64,000 nt of DNA. Source: Macrostomum lignano. Taxonomy: Eukaryota. Numbering within the stretch: the stretch's first letter is position 1; each line of letters opens with the position of its first letter. This document shows positions 29,401 to 41,162 of this stretch, in pieces. The notes under the pieces are model-generated. The model was not told the DNA's origin. It searched no databases and was given only the letters and a program-made list of their open reading frames with translations. The stretch is taken from positions 558,001 to 622,000 of the forward strand of contig NIVC01000041.1 of assembly GCA_002269645.1 (NCBI GenBank), read 5' to 3'. The position numbers and the translations under genes are program-made.

Positions 29401-30892
29401 AGTGTGGGTGAAGAGGGGATTCTCAGTGTGGGTGAAGAGGAGATTCTCAGTGTGGGTGAAGAGGAGATTCTCAGTGTGGGTGAAGAGGAGATTCTCAGTG
29501 TGGGTGAAGAGGAGATTCTCAGTGTGGGTGAAGAGGGGATTCTCAGTGTGGGTGAAGAGGGACTCAGTGTGGGTGAAGAGGAGATTCTCAGTGTGGGTGA
29601 AGAGGGGATTCTCAGTGTGGGTGAAGAGGAGATTCTCAGTGTGGGTGAAGAGGGGATTCCCAGTGTGGGTGAAGAGGGGATTCTCAGTGTGGGTGAAGAG
29701 GAGATTCTCAGTGTGGGTGAAGAGGAGATTCTCAGTGTGGGTGAAGAGGGGATTCTCAGTGTGGGTGAAGAGGGGATTCTCAGTGTGGGTGAAGAGGGGA
29801 TGCTCAGTGTGGGTGAAGAGGGGATTCTCAGTGTGGGTGAAGAGGAGATTCTCAGTGTGGGTGAAGAGGAGATTCTCAGTGTGGGTGAAGAGGGGATTCT
29901 CAGTGTGGGTGAAGAGGGGATTCTCAGTGTGGGTGAAGAGGAGATTCTCAGTGTGGGTGAAGAGGGGATTCTCAGTGTGGGTGAAGAGGAGATTCTCAGT
30001 GTGGGTGAGAGGGGATTCTCAGTGTGGGTGAAGATGGGATTCTCAGTGTGGGTGAAGAGGAGATTCTCAGTGTGGGTGAAGAGGGGATTCTCAGTGTGGG
30101 TGAGAGGGGATTCTCAGTGTGGGTGAAGAGGGGATGCTCAGTGTGGGTGAAGAGGGGATCCTCAGTGTGGGTGAAGAGGGGATTCTCAGTGTGGGTGAAG
30201 AGGGGATTCTCAGTGTGGGTGAAGAGGAGATTCTCAGTGTGGGTGAAGAGGGGATTCTCAGTGTGGGTGAAGAGGGGATTCTCAGTGTGGGTGAGAGGAG
30301 ATTCTCAGTGTGGGTGAAGAGGGGATTCTCAGTGTGGGTGAAGAGGAGATTCTCAGTGTGGGTGAAGAGGAGATTCTCAGTGTGGGTGAAGAGGGGATTC
30401 TCAGTGTGGGTGAAGAGGAGATTCTCAGTGTGGGTGAAGAGGAGATTCTCAGTGTGGGTGAAGAGGAGATTCTCAGTGTGGGTGAAGAGGAGATTCTCAG
30501 TGTGGGTGAAGAGGGGATTCTCAGTGTGGGTGAAGAGGGGACTCAGTGTGGGTGAAGAGGAGATTCTCAGTGTGGGTGAAGAGGGGATTCTCAGTGTGGG
30601 TGAAGAGGAGATTCTCAGTGTGGGTGAAGAGGGGATTCTCAGTGTGGGTGAAGAGGGGATGCTCAGTGTGGGTGAAGAGGGGATCCTCAGTGTGGGTGAA
30701 GAGGGGATTCTCAGTGTGGGTGAAGAGGGGATTCTCAGTGTGGGTGAAGAGGAGATTCTCAGTGTGGGTGAAGAGGGGACTCAGTGTGGGTGAAGAGGGG
30801 ATTCTCAGTGTGGGTGAAGAGGGGACTCAGTGTGGGTGAAGAGGAGATTCTCAGTGTGGGTGAAGTGCTGATAAGAGAGGGAAATTTACCAT
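26444..30892 (-). CDS. Ectonucleotide pyrophosphatase/phosphodiesterase, type I membrane (ENPP4/5/7-like); complement(join(26444..27492 with a 1-bp frameshift at 26946..26950,27910..28407,30890..30892)), ~516 aa
   Basis: Signal peptide M|ARVALLLIAALLAQVSIA; motifs FDGFR, [36 protein letters not shown] and GVHGY; C-terminal TM AFVLGALCLFVLALLVIVSYL. One extra C restores YADPPYVIVV...GVHGY. Confidence 0.88.
27520..27840. repeat. 23-bp array of hairpin-forming units (CTAGACTGGCTTGTCTAGATCTG) in ENPP intron 2
   Basis: The unit contains the inverted pair CTAGAC...GTCTAG. Confidence 0.9.
28450..30866. repeat. 24-bp array (CAGTGTGGGTGAAGAGGGGATTCT), ~2.4 kb, filling ENPP intron 1
   Basis: Directly visible; gives the SVGEEGIL-type spurious ORFs and contains a 978-bp higher-order duplication. 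Confidence 0.97.
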
Positions 30893-31148
30893 GGATAATG
30901 ACTAATCTCAAATATCTGAGTTTTAGCGAAGGCAAATATTAGAACGAAAAGTCGAAATAGATACTTTTATTGCAATTGAAAGAAACAATTTATTTTCATT
31001 TATTTTTACACAAGAAAGTCTTACAAATTTGATAAATTTAGTACCTTGTTTTTTTCTTAATTCAAGCCCCTAAGCTACTGTCAGTAGCTAGTCAGAGATT
31101 ATACAGTAAAATAATTGAATCGAAAGCAAAAAATGCAGTTATTTTCAG

Positions 31149-32981
31149 TCACATTTTGCAGAAAGTCTGCTGGTAGCCGCAGTCCAGACAAGTGCGGCAG
31201 AACTCGTCCTCGGCGGCCCCGTCAACACCGGCGGAGGCCGCAGGGACCTCGTCGCCGAACCGGTGCTCGTGTCGGTACTGCCGCTTCGGCGCCAGACTGG
31301 ACCGAACGTGCAGCCGCAACTCGCTCATTCGCTTATCGAATTGGCGCTTCTTGGCGCGGTCGCGGGCGCCGGCGCGCTTCTCGTGCTCAGCGTTGAGCGC
31401 CTCCTCGGAGCCCCAGACTTCTAGGGCTCGTTGGGCCACCTGGACAATGATGGGGAATGCAGATGCTGGGTAGAGTATTCTAATGTGCTGGATTATCTCC
31501 ATTTGCAGAAGTACTTGGACGCTTATCTTTGTCCTTTATCTAGAAACAGGATTATCTAGCTACTGGTGGACGTGGATTATCTATTTACTGGTAGATTATC
31601 TATTTACTGGTAGATTATCTAGCTACTGGTGGTTTATCTAGCTACTGATGGATTATCTAGCTACTGATGGATTATCTAGCTACTGATGGATTATCTAGCT
31701 ACTGATGGATTATCTAGCTACTGATGGATTATCTAGCTACTGATGGATTATCTAGCTACTGATGGATTATCTAGCTGCTAGTGGATTATCTAGCTACTGA
31801 TGGATTATCTAGCTGCTAGTGGATTATCTAGCTACTGATGGATTATCTAGCTACTGATGGATTATCTAGCTACTGATGGATTATCTAGCTACTGATGGAT
31901 TATCTAGCTACTGATGGATTATCTAGCTACTGATGGATTATCTAGCTACTAATGGATTATCTAGCTACTGATGGATTATCTAGCTACTGATGGATTATCT
32001 AGCTACTGATGGATTATCTAGCTACTGATGGATTATCTAGCTACTGATGGATTATCTAGCTACTGATGGATTATCTAGCTACTGATGGATTATCTAGCTA
32101 CTGATGGATTATCTAGCTACTGATGGATTATCTAGCTACTGATGGATTATCTAGCTACTGATGGATTATCTAGCTACTGATGGATTATCTAGCTACTGAT
32201 GGATTATCTAGCTACTGATGGATTATCTAGCTACTGATGGATTATCTAGCTACTGATGGATTATCTAGCTACTGATGGATTATCTAGCTACTGATGGATT
32301 ATCTAGCTACTGATGGATTATCTAGCTACTGATGGATTATCTAGAGAGAATTTTACTTATCTAGATTATTTAACTAGCACGACAGGCCACTAACTAACCT
32401 AACCCGGCACCTACCTGAGCCTCCAAATACAGGCGCATATCGCCACCCCTGGGATTGTGCGGGTTCCGCCTGAGCAGGCAGCGCAACGGCGGCTCTCGCC
32501 TGTCCAAATCGCCGTCCTTCAACAGGTAGCGCGACTTGGCGTCGCTGCGAGCCAACAGGCCGTACACATCCTCACGCTGCGTCTCGTAGCAGGCGTCGCA
32601 CACGGCAACGTCAAATCTGTCGTAGAGAAACGACGAATTAAACGGCCTGTCGCAGTCGGCGCACACCAGCTCGTTCGGGTCGATCAGCGGTCCGGGTTCG
32701 ACAACGAGACGACGAGGCTTCTGCTGGTTTCCTCGCTTGCCGCCGCCGCTGCCGTCCTCCTCGTAGATGAAGCCGCCGCAAGAGTCAGTCGCCGCGGCAC
32801 CGACACCGCCGAAACCGACGGCGACGGCTACTGGCGTGGCGTTTGAGGCTGCGCCTGTGGAGGCGGATGGGGCGGCAGCGGATTTGTCCTGCAGGTCGCG
32901 CAGGCGCTGCTTCGACTGGCGCAATAAGAGGGCAGCCTGGCGGTTGCGCTCGCTGCGGGCCAGCTGCTCTTGGGTTAGCGG
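31149..32981 (-). CDS. XPA: XPA/Rad14 DNA damage recognition factor; complement(join(31149..31439,32415..32981)); initiator ATG not found in genomic context
   Basis: N-terminal PLTQEQLARSERNRQAALLLRQ, C4 zinc finger CADC...CDAC, AKSRYLLKDGDLDRREPPLR...RNPHNPRGGDMRLYLEAQ|VAQRALEVWGS and C-terminal HEHRFGDE...CLDCG. Confidence 0.95.
31550..32345. repeat. 19-bp array (GGATTATCTAGCTACTGAT) in the XPA intron
   Basis: Directly visible and highly homogeneous. Confidence 0.97.
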
Positions 32982-33054
32982 CTGCAGTGAAGTGGAGATT
33001 TGCCCATTTTGTATCTACTACTAATAGTAGTTTGTGTATTTCTCTTCTGTATCA

Positions 33055-33300
33055 TCTACTTGCTGGATTATCTACCTTTGTACCATCTACCTGCTGGATT
33101 ATCTACCTTTGTACCATCTACCTGCTGGATTATCTACCTTTGTACCATCTACCTGCTGGATTATCTACCTTTGTACCATCTACCTGCTGGATTATCTATT
33201 AACTGAATTATCTACCCACTGAATTATCTACCCACTGAATTATCTACCCACTGAATTATCTACCTACTGGATGATCTACCTACTGAGATTATCTACCTAT
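33055..33300. repeat. 31-bp then ~18-bp arrays upstream of XPA sharing the GGATTATCTA core
   Basis: GTACCATC at 33080 and 33111. Confidence 0.9.
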
Positions 33301-34015
33301 TGGGTATCACTCAAGTTCTGATAACCAACAGATGCAATGATTATGCAATGGAATAATCGCCTCTCTAAACTGAATACTACAGAGGTATACATAAACCAAT
33401 GAGTTAAACTGAAGCTTAGGTTAGCAAATAGCAAGGTATTGAAGTTGCACTTTAATTAAAGTTAATACACGTGAGTCGAGATAGATGAGTAAACGGAAAA
33501 CGGTCATAGATAACGCGCCCTGTTTACACACTTTACTCGCTCGCTCCCCACTTGAGCAAACACACTGGCTGAGCAAACTTGTGCAGATAAGGCTACAAAA
33601 GCACAACATAGTACACTAGTACAGTGTCTATTGACAAGGCTAAGGATTCTATAGCTAGTTTAATAAACCCCACAATCCAGATTATATCTATGAAAGTCTC
33701 TGGTCTTTGGCAGGGTCAAATTTGGTTAAGAACAGGCACACAAGTGCTACAAGTGTACACGCTGGTATCAAGAGAAATTCTACCGCTGTCAACCACCCCA
33801 CACACGAATGAGGATGTTAGACAATAAATTTAATTAAGTATCTAAAAGTGGTAGCCAGTTCTAACTTGTACTGTCTAACTATACTTGCCTTTAACTTATT
33901 AATTTTATAAGAAGCACAATAATAATAAGCCAATTCCAACAACTATGGTGACTACCACAAGGTAACTACATAGAAAGTCTAAAATGTTCCAAAACAGTCT
34001 CAAATGTGCCTAGCC

Positions 34016-34291
34016 CATGGAGGAAAGAATAGAATCGAGTGCTAATCTGAGCAAGTTATTTTTATCTCGCTCGATTTTCGCTTTTAACATCCCTTTCCCC
34101 CCCCCGTTCTTTCCTATTGGCTGAAAGCATATTTTGATGCGAGCTCGAACTATGCTGGGACAGACCTTTTAGAGGGGAACGAAAGCGAAAACGAGACGAA
34201 AAATACTTTGTCTATGGCAGTCACGAGCCAATAAAAGCGAAAATCGAGCGAGATAAAATAACTTGCTTGCACTCCATTCTATTCTTTCATG
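34016..34291. mobile_element. 276-bp MITE with ~60-bp imperfect TIRs and an 8-bp TSD (P-element or hAT type)
   Basis: TSD GCCTAGCC at 34008..34015 and 34292..34299; termini CATG...CATG; GCAAGTTATT(T)TTATCTCGCTCGATTTTCGCTTTTA is inverted at both ends. Confidence 0.88.
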
Positions 34292-34566
34292 GCCTAGCCC
34301 TAGAGTGTCTCAAATATGTCCGAATCATTTCAGATGTCCAAAAATGTCTCACATGTTTAAAGTGTAAAGTGTAAAATACTGATAGATGTGCTCAAAATGT
34401 CTCAAAAATGTCTAACCCTGATAGCAAAATTGCGTATCCAATACGTAATTTTATTAATAAATAAATTGGATGTCTCAAGGACGTTCCTGCAACCAAAAAA
34501 TATTGGATACATCATTTTGCTATGCAGGTAAAGTGTCTTAATGTACTTTAAGTGTCTGAACAATAT

Positions 34567-37500
34567 TCAAGGCGTCTCAAACATGTTTAAAGTGTCTACA
34601 CAGGGCCAGAGCAGCGTCTGACTCTTGCACCCGGGTCCCTGGTTCGATTCCTTGCACAAAAATGCATTCAAGGCTTGTACACCCTGTGTGAGCGTGTGCA
34701 TGAGTGCCTGCCTGTGTACAGTATTGGCGCGCTTGCATGTGCTCAGGAGTCCCGTCAATACTGCCGCTGAATCAGCCAAGGGCTCACTATGCAGCTAATG
34801 ACTATGCTGCCTAAAAGTACAAATAAACAAAACGATCCAAAAGCAAGAATGCCAAACTTCAGTCAGATCAGAATAAACAAATGGATATTCGAGCAATTTA
34901 TACTTAAAAATAAAACAAACCGGGTCGATTAGGTAATTCGAAGCATTAAAGAAAAAGCCAACAAAAATATTGCCAGAAAAGATAAGCCAAATTTGTGTAC
35001 AAAAATACAGTAACAGACAAGTGAGTGAAATGGACGAATAAAATAATTATTGATATAACAGTGCATAAAATCATATTAGCATATAATGACTGACAGTAAA
35101 ACACTATGGCAATAATCAATGTTTTTAAAATATTTGTTATAATGATTAACTCGAATAATAATATATAAAAACTACACCATACTGACAATCAATAAAAATC
35201 ATTATTTAGGTACGTACACACTAAGTGACAAAAATTGTACCTATTGCATTCATCATTTCTGGGATAAAATGTCTCAACTACATACTCATACTATTGCTTG
35301 TAAATATACTGAAAATAATATGCAGTCACCAATTATCTAGCTAGCTAACTAATTAGCTATCCAGGTAACTAATTAGCTATCCAGGTAACTAATCAGCTAT
35401 CCAGGTAACTAATCAGCTATCCAGGTAACTAATCAGATATCCAGGTAACTAATCAGCTATCCAGGTAACTAATCAGCTACCCAGGTAACTAATCAGATAT
35501 CCAGGTAACTAATCAGCTATCCAGGTAACTAATCAGCTATCCAGGTAACTAATCAGATATCCAGGTAACTAATCAGCTATCCAGGTAACTAGTCAGCTAC
35601 CCAGGTAACTAATCAGCTACCCAGGTAACTAATGAGCCCTCCAGATAACTAATTAGACATCTAGGTAACTAATCAGCAATGTCACTACAATCAAACTTAC
35701 TCCAATCCATGTCAGTATCCCTAAGCCCCAACTGAGCGATCAAAGTGTCGCAAATAGCGCAGCAAATTCTGCATAGTAACAAAGTCGGCCTTACCAAAGC
35801 TGAAGCCGAACCTAAACAGGTTGTCAAGCAAGCCGCGTCTGCCGGGAAAGCGGAACGAGTCGATGTCGGGCCGCTGGAACAGGCCCGGCTGAAGGCTGTT
35901 TCCGAGCTCCAGCAGCCCGTCAAAGATGAGGTCGCAGTCGCGGTACACGAAGAACAGCGGCCTGCGGGTGTCCAAGCAGCGCTGCAGCAGGGACCTGGCG
36001 TGGCTGCCTTCACGGCGCAGCTCCTCGAACAGCGGCTCGTCCAGCACAAATAGGAAAATGGTTTGTCCAAGCTGCTGCGGGCCGATATTTACTGGCTTCA
36101 AATCCAAGTGCCTTAACCTTACTGGGATTTTATCCCTATCCGTATTCCCAATACACTTTCCATTATCCACATTCTCAGAATCACCTGTCATCATCAGTAT
36201 TCCGATGAAAATTCCCAATACTGACTCCCAGCATCCCCAATCCCAATTTCCAGCATCCCCGATCTCGACTCCCAGCATCCCCAATCCCGATTCCCAGCAT
36301 CCCCAATCCCGATTCCCAGCATCCCCAATCCCGATTCCCAGCATCCCCAATCCGGATTCCCAGCATCTGCAATCCCGATTTCCATCATCACTAATGGCGA
36401 TTCCCAGCAGCATATTTCTTTAAAGGAATAAGTATAAGCTGCAGACAAAGCCGGAACCTGTTTAATGCCAATAGCAGCATCGCAAAGCCCTCACCTGCGT
36501 AACACCGTCAGCGTAAGCAGTTGGCCCAGGCGAACATTTCCAGTCAGTCTCAAAGCAGACATCGTAGGGAATGAGCTCCACGCTGGCGGGCTCCGCACAG
36601 GCAATGAATTTGCCCAACTGCAGGTCCAAGTCCGCCAAACTGACGGCTCCGTTAGCGCAGATGCGCACAGCGGCGCGGCGAAGCGTCAGGCCAGCCGGCT
36701 GCGCTGCGCTGCCCCGGCCTGCCAGCCGGCCTGCCAAGCTGTGCAGCAGCTGGCGTAGCGGACTCAGCGGCGACCTGCGATTTGGGGGCTCTTCTTCGAG
36801 CAGCTCGAACAGAATGACAGCCGCCAGTTCCAGACGATTTCTGTCGATCAATCCGACAAGAAAGCCGCGAACTTGGTTGCCAGCCTGCCTGCTGATGTGC
36901 TGCACCAGCTGGTCCTGACATGTGACATGGTTATTACAAGTTATTAGCAGGGGAGCGGTGAACTTGTAAGAGGCTTGAACGCAGTGCCGCACTCTCTCAC
37001 AGCAGTGCAGCACTATATCACAACAGCAGTGCAGCACTCTCACACAGCAGCAGTGCAGCACTCTCACACAGCAGCAGTGCAGCACTCTCTCACAGCAGCA
37101 GTGCAGCACTCTCTCACAGCAGCAGTGCAGCACTTTATCACAGCAGCAGTGCAGCACTCTCACAGCAGCAGTGCAGCACTCTCTCACACAGCAGCAGTGC
37201 AGCACTCTCACAGCAACAAGACAGCACTCTCTCACACAGCAGCAGTACAGCACTCTCTCACAGCAGCAGTGCAGCACTCGCACACAGCAGCAGTGCAGCA
37301 CTCCCTCACAGCAGCAGTGCAGCACTCTCTCACAGCAGCAGTGCAGCACTCTCTCACAGCAGCAGTGCAGCACTCTCTCACAGCAGCAGTGCAGCACTCT
37401 CTCACAGCAGCAGTGCAGCACTCTCTCACAGCAGCAGTGCAGCACTCTCTCACAGCAGCAGTGCAGCACTCTCTCTCACAGCAGCAGTGCAGCACTCTCA

Positions 37501-38565
37501 CAGCAGCAGTGCAGCACTCTCACAGCAGCAGTGCAGCACTCTCACACAGCAGTGCAGCACTCCCTCACAGCAGCAGTGCAGCACTCTCTCACAGCAGCAG
37601 TGCAGCACTCTCTCACAGCAGTGCAGCACTCTCACAGCAGCAGTGCAGCACTCTCACAGCAGCAGTGCAGCACTCTCTCACACAGCAGCAGTGCAGCACT
37701 CTCTCACACAGCAGCAGTGCAGCACTCTCTCACACACAGCAGCAGTGCAGCACTCTCTCACACAGCAGCAGTGCAGCACTCTCACACAGCAGCAGTGCAG
37801 CACTCTCTCACAGCAGTGCAGCACTCTCTCACACAGCAGCAGTGCAGCACTCGCACACAGCAGCATATCACACATGACACCATAGCACATCATAGCACTC
37901 ACCACGCTCATGCCCATTATGGTCTGAAAGTCCAGGTTCTGAACCAAGCCAATGTTGACTACAAAATCGTGACCCAACACCGGGTTCTGAAGCCGAGCCA
38001 GGTACAACTTGAATAGAGATTCTCCTCTGCTACTGATGTCGCCCAGAGGAGACTGCAGTCGCCGTGCCAGCTGCACAGACTTGGCCTCTGCCAGGTGTAC
38101 AAGACCGGCAAGGGACCCAGACCCGAAGCTGCGCAGGTGGTCGCAGCGCCGCAGGAAGTCAGCAAACCGAATCAGCTTGCTTGAACGATCTGCAAGATTC
38201 TCCTCCCACAGGTGCAGCAGTTTCAGCAGGCAGCACCGCAGCTCTGCAAAGTCCTCTGACTGCAGCTGGTACAGCTGCTGAACTGTCACCAGCTGGTCCA
38301 TCAGTTTAACTAACAGCACTTCTCCTCTAAGGCTCATCGCTTCATTGGATGTCAGGTTAACAAGACGGAGTATGTCTCCAGTGGATTCACTGTGGACAAT
38401 GCTGTGCAGCGCACTCAGTAGGTCAGTCAGAATCAGCTTTGATGCTTCGGGTAAATAGCCAAATAAGGCGAGTGGCAGTGAGCCATGCCTGTCTAAGACC
38501 TCATCATCTCTATTGTTGTTGAGTGGCTGCTCCATGTCTGACATTGCAGCAATGTAGAATGCCAT
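34567..38565 (-). CDS. Unknown protein, paralog 1: helical N-terminus plus a TIR-like alpha/beta region; complement(join(34567..34766,35795..36074,36495..36914,37903..38565)), ~520 aa
   Basis: Donors GTG|GTGAGT, CAG|GTGAGG and G|GTAAGG; phases 0,0,1 give an open frame. The acceptor at 36075 and the last exon are less sure. If the last donor is unused, the ORF stops at 35721. Confidence 0.65.
34603..34651 (+). other. Degenerate tRNA-Lys(CTT)-like sequence, probably a tRNA-derived SINE head
   Basis: GGCCAGAGC...GACTCTT...GGGTCCCTGGTTCGATTCC with a B-box; no intact acceptor stem, so not called as a tRNA. Confidence 0.45.
35340..35675. repeat. 20-bp array (CCAGGTAACTAATCAGCTAT) in putative intron 3 of paralog 1
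   Basis: Directly visible. Confidence 0.95.
36225..36410. repeat. 22-bp array (CCCAGCATCCCCAATCCCGATT) in intron 2 of paralog 1
   Basis: About 8 copies; only degenerate seed copies in the equivalent intron of paralog 2. Confidence 0.88.
36985..37865. repeat. ~24-bp array (CAGCAGCAGTGCAGCACTCTCTCA) in intron 1 of paralog 1
   Basis: Directly visible; same family as 42225..43272. Confidence 0.95.
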
Positions 38566-38624
38566 TCAAGTTGGTAAGTAAATGGAGTTTTGTCTAAAGC
38601 AGATTGGGGTTTACTGTTTACGTA

Positions 38625-39450
38625 ATTCCTGTCCTGTCCAATCCCCACCTAAGGTGTGACTGTATTAAAATAAATTCCTGTCCGATCCCCACCTAAGGCA
38701 TGACTGTATTAAAATAAATTCCTGTCCGATATCTACCTAAAGTGGGATTGTATTTACCTAATTCCTGTCCTGTCCAATCTCCACCTAAGGCATGACTGTA
38801 TTAAAATAAATTCCTGTCCGATATCTACCTAAAGTCGGATTGTATTTACCTAATTCCTGTCCTGTCCAATCTCCACCTAAGGCATGACTGTATTAAAATA
38901 AATTCCTGTCCGATATCTACCTAAAGTGGGATTGTATTTACCTAATTCCTGTCCTGTCCGATCTCCACCTAAGGCATGACTGTATTAAAATAAACTCCTG
39001 TCCAATCCCCACCTAAGGCGTGACCATATTAAAATAAATTCCTGTCCAATCCCCACCTAAAGTGGGACTGCATTTACCTAATTCCTGTCCGATATCTACC
39101 TAAAGTGGGACTGTATTTACCTAATTCCTGTCCGATATCTACCTAAAGTGGGACTGTATTTACCTAATTCCTGTCCGATATCTACCTAAAGTGGGACTGT
39201 ATTTACCTAATTCCTGTCCTGTCCGATATCTACCTAAAGTGGGACTGTATTTACCTAATTCCTGTCCGATATCTACCTAAAGTGGGACTGTATTTACCTA
39301 ATTCCTGTCCGATATCTACCTAAAGTGGGACTGTATTTACCTAATTCCTGTCCGATATCTACCTAAAGTGGGACTGTATTTACCTAATTCCTGTCCTGTC
39401 CGATATCTACCTAAAGTGGGACTGTATTTACCTAATTCCTGTCCGACCAT
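38625..39450. repeat. Composite ~40-bp array (ATTCCTGTCC...CACCTAA...GACTGTATT) upstream of the paralog 1 ATG
   Basis: Same family as 44030..44700. Confidence 0.9.
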
Positions 39451-39959
39451 AACCTAAGGTCAACGTTGACGTTCAACTATATGCTTGTAATCAAAAAACA
39501 CGTGGACAATATTTAACACAGCTATGTAGATATTTAAATGAAATAAATCAAGCCAAATAGAATTTACCTGCAAAAATGTAAAACATCGTTGGAAAATTAG
39601 CAACCAAAAAACTGTATACTGCGTTTGCGCAGCGACTATTCAGCAGCGAATTGCGAAGTAAACGTGTACAAAAGCCTGTCACAAGTATATGTACATGGGT
39701 GAATACAATTCAGTTAAATCTAGACATACGAATATACGCTAACAAGGTCTCATACCATTATAAATACTTTATATACAAAATCTAAAAACAATTGAAAACA
39801 AAATCAACTAATTTAAGCTGCAAGGTAATAAGTACCAAACTTTTTTAAGTCTCCGAACCAATTCGGACTATGAGCAAGGCATAAAAGGTGCTTACGAGTA
39901 CAATATAGAAAGAATTCGCCTATGTTGAGGCAACAGATAAAGGCTAGATCATCGGCGAT

Positions 39960-40327
39960 AGGGAGCGGATAAGGAACAGATATTGATACAGGGAGCGGAT
40001 ACTGATGCAGGGAGCGGATACTGATGCAGGGAGCGGATACTGATGCAGGGAGCGGATACTGATGCAGGGAGCGGATACTGATGCAGGGAGCGGATACTGA
40101 TGCAGGGAGCGGATACTGATGCAGGGAGCGGATACTGATGCAGGGAGCGGATACTGATACAGGGAGCGGATACTGATGCAGGGAGCGGATACTGATGCAG
40201 GGAGCGGATACTGATACAGGGAGCGGATACTGATGCAGGGAGCGGATACTGATGCAGGGAGCGGATACTGATACAGGGAGCGGATACTGATGCAGGGAGC
40301 GGATACTGATGCAGGGAGCGGATACTG
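39960..40327. repeat. 19-bp array (GCAGGGAGCGGATACTGAT), probably in a 5'-UTR intron of paralog 1
   Basis: On the minus strand it is bracketed by ATG|GTAACA (~40336) and GATCTAG| (~39944). Confidence 0.9.
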
Positions 40328-41162
40328 AGGTGTTACCATCTGATATTATTAATTCGGACGTAATTAACCTATAACACCCTGAATGTCTTCAAACTGGAAA
40401 CCAAGCAAATAATTCAGCATTATTGACACCAAGAACCGGATACTAGCACTAATTCCTATTAGAAAAGACAATTTGTCTATCCGTGAAAACAAACTCTGGA
40501 ATACAATAACTGAAACGGGAAGACAGAAAAAAGCACTCAGACTTAAATTCGATGATCAATAAAGCTATAAAATATGAATCAATAAAGAACTAGATGACTG
40601 GATAGATTAGACACTAAGTTATTGCATCATCCTGGAATATGAAAAGGCGCCCAGTATATGTGATACTGCACAGAGCGATCAATGAGAAAATATATTGCAC
40701 ACAGAAAAACTGGTTAAAAATTTCATTGCAGCACCAAAGTTCTTTATTTGATTAAAGACAGAAAAAAGCTCTAGAAATAGAAAAGGCCGTGGCCCAAAAA
40801 TACTGATTCTATAAACTACATTGTTCTCCAGGTGGGGTCATTCTTGCAACTGGAACTTGTTCTCTAGATGTTCTCCATTGCTGCTGAGTGGGAGGATTGT
40901 TCTCCAGATGTGAACTTGCCGTCTCAAGACTGGAACTTGTCTAATGTCATCAGGGTCACATATCATCCCTACCTCATGTCATCTGGGCCACATATCATCC
41001 CTACCTCATGTCATCGGGGTCACAGGTACTCAAGGTCACATATCCTCTAATTTGCCTCGTGTCACCCGGGCCACATGCCACTCTCCCAGCAAAGCATCTG
41101 CCAACGCCATCACAGCCAATCAATCAAAGTTGCCCAAAAAGCAACCAATTCTAAAGTTGCTT

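Noticed and set aside
36184-36220. Micro-exon in intron 2 of paralog 1 (CAG|TATTGG...ACAG|GTGATT)
   Set aside because: Its phase does not fit the upstream phase-0 donor (gives TGA) and it is absent from paralog 2.
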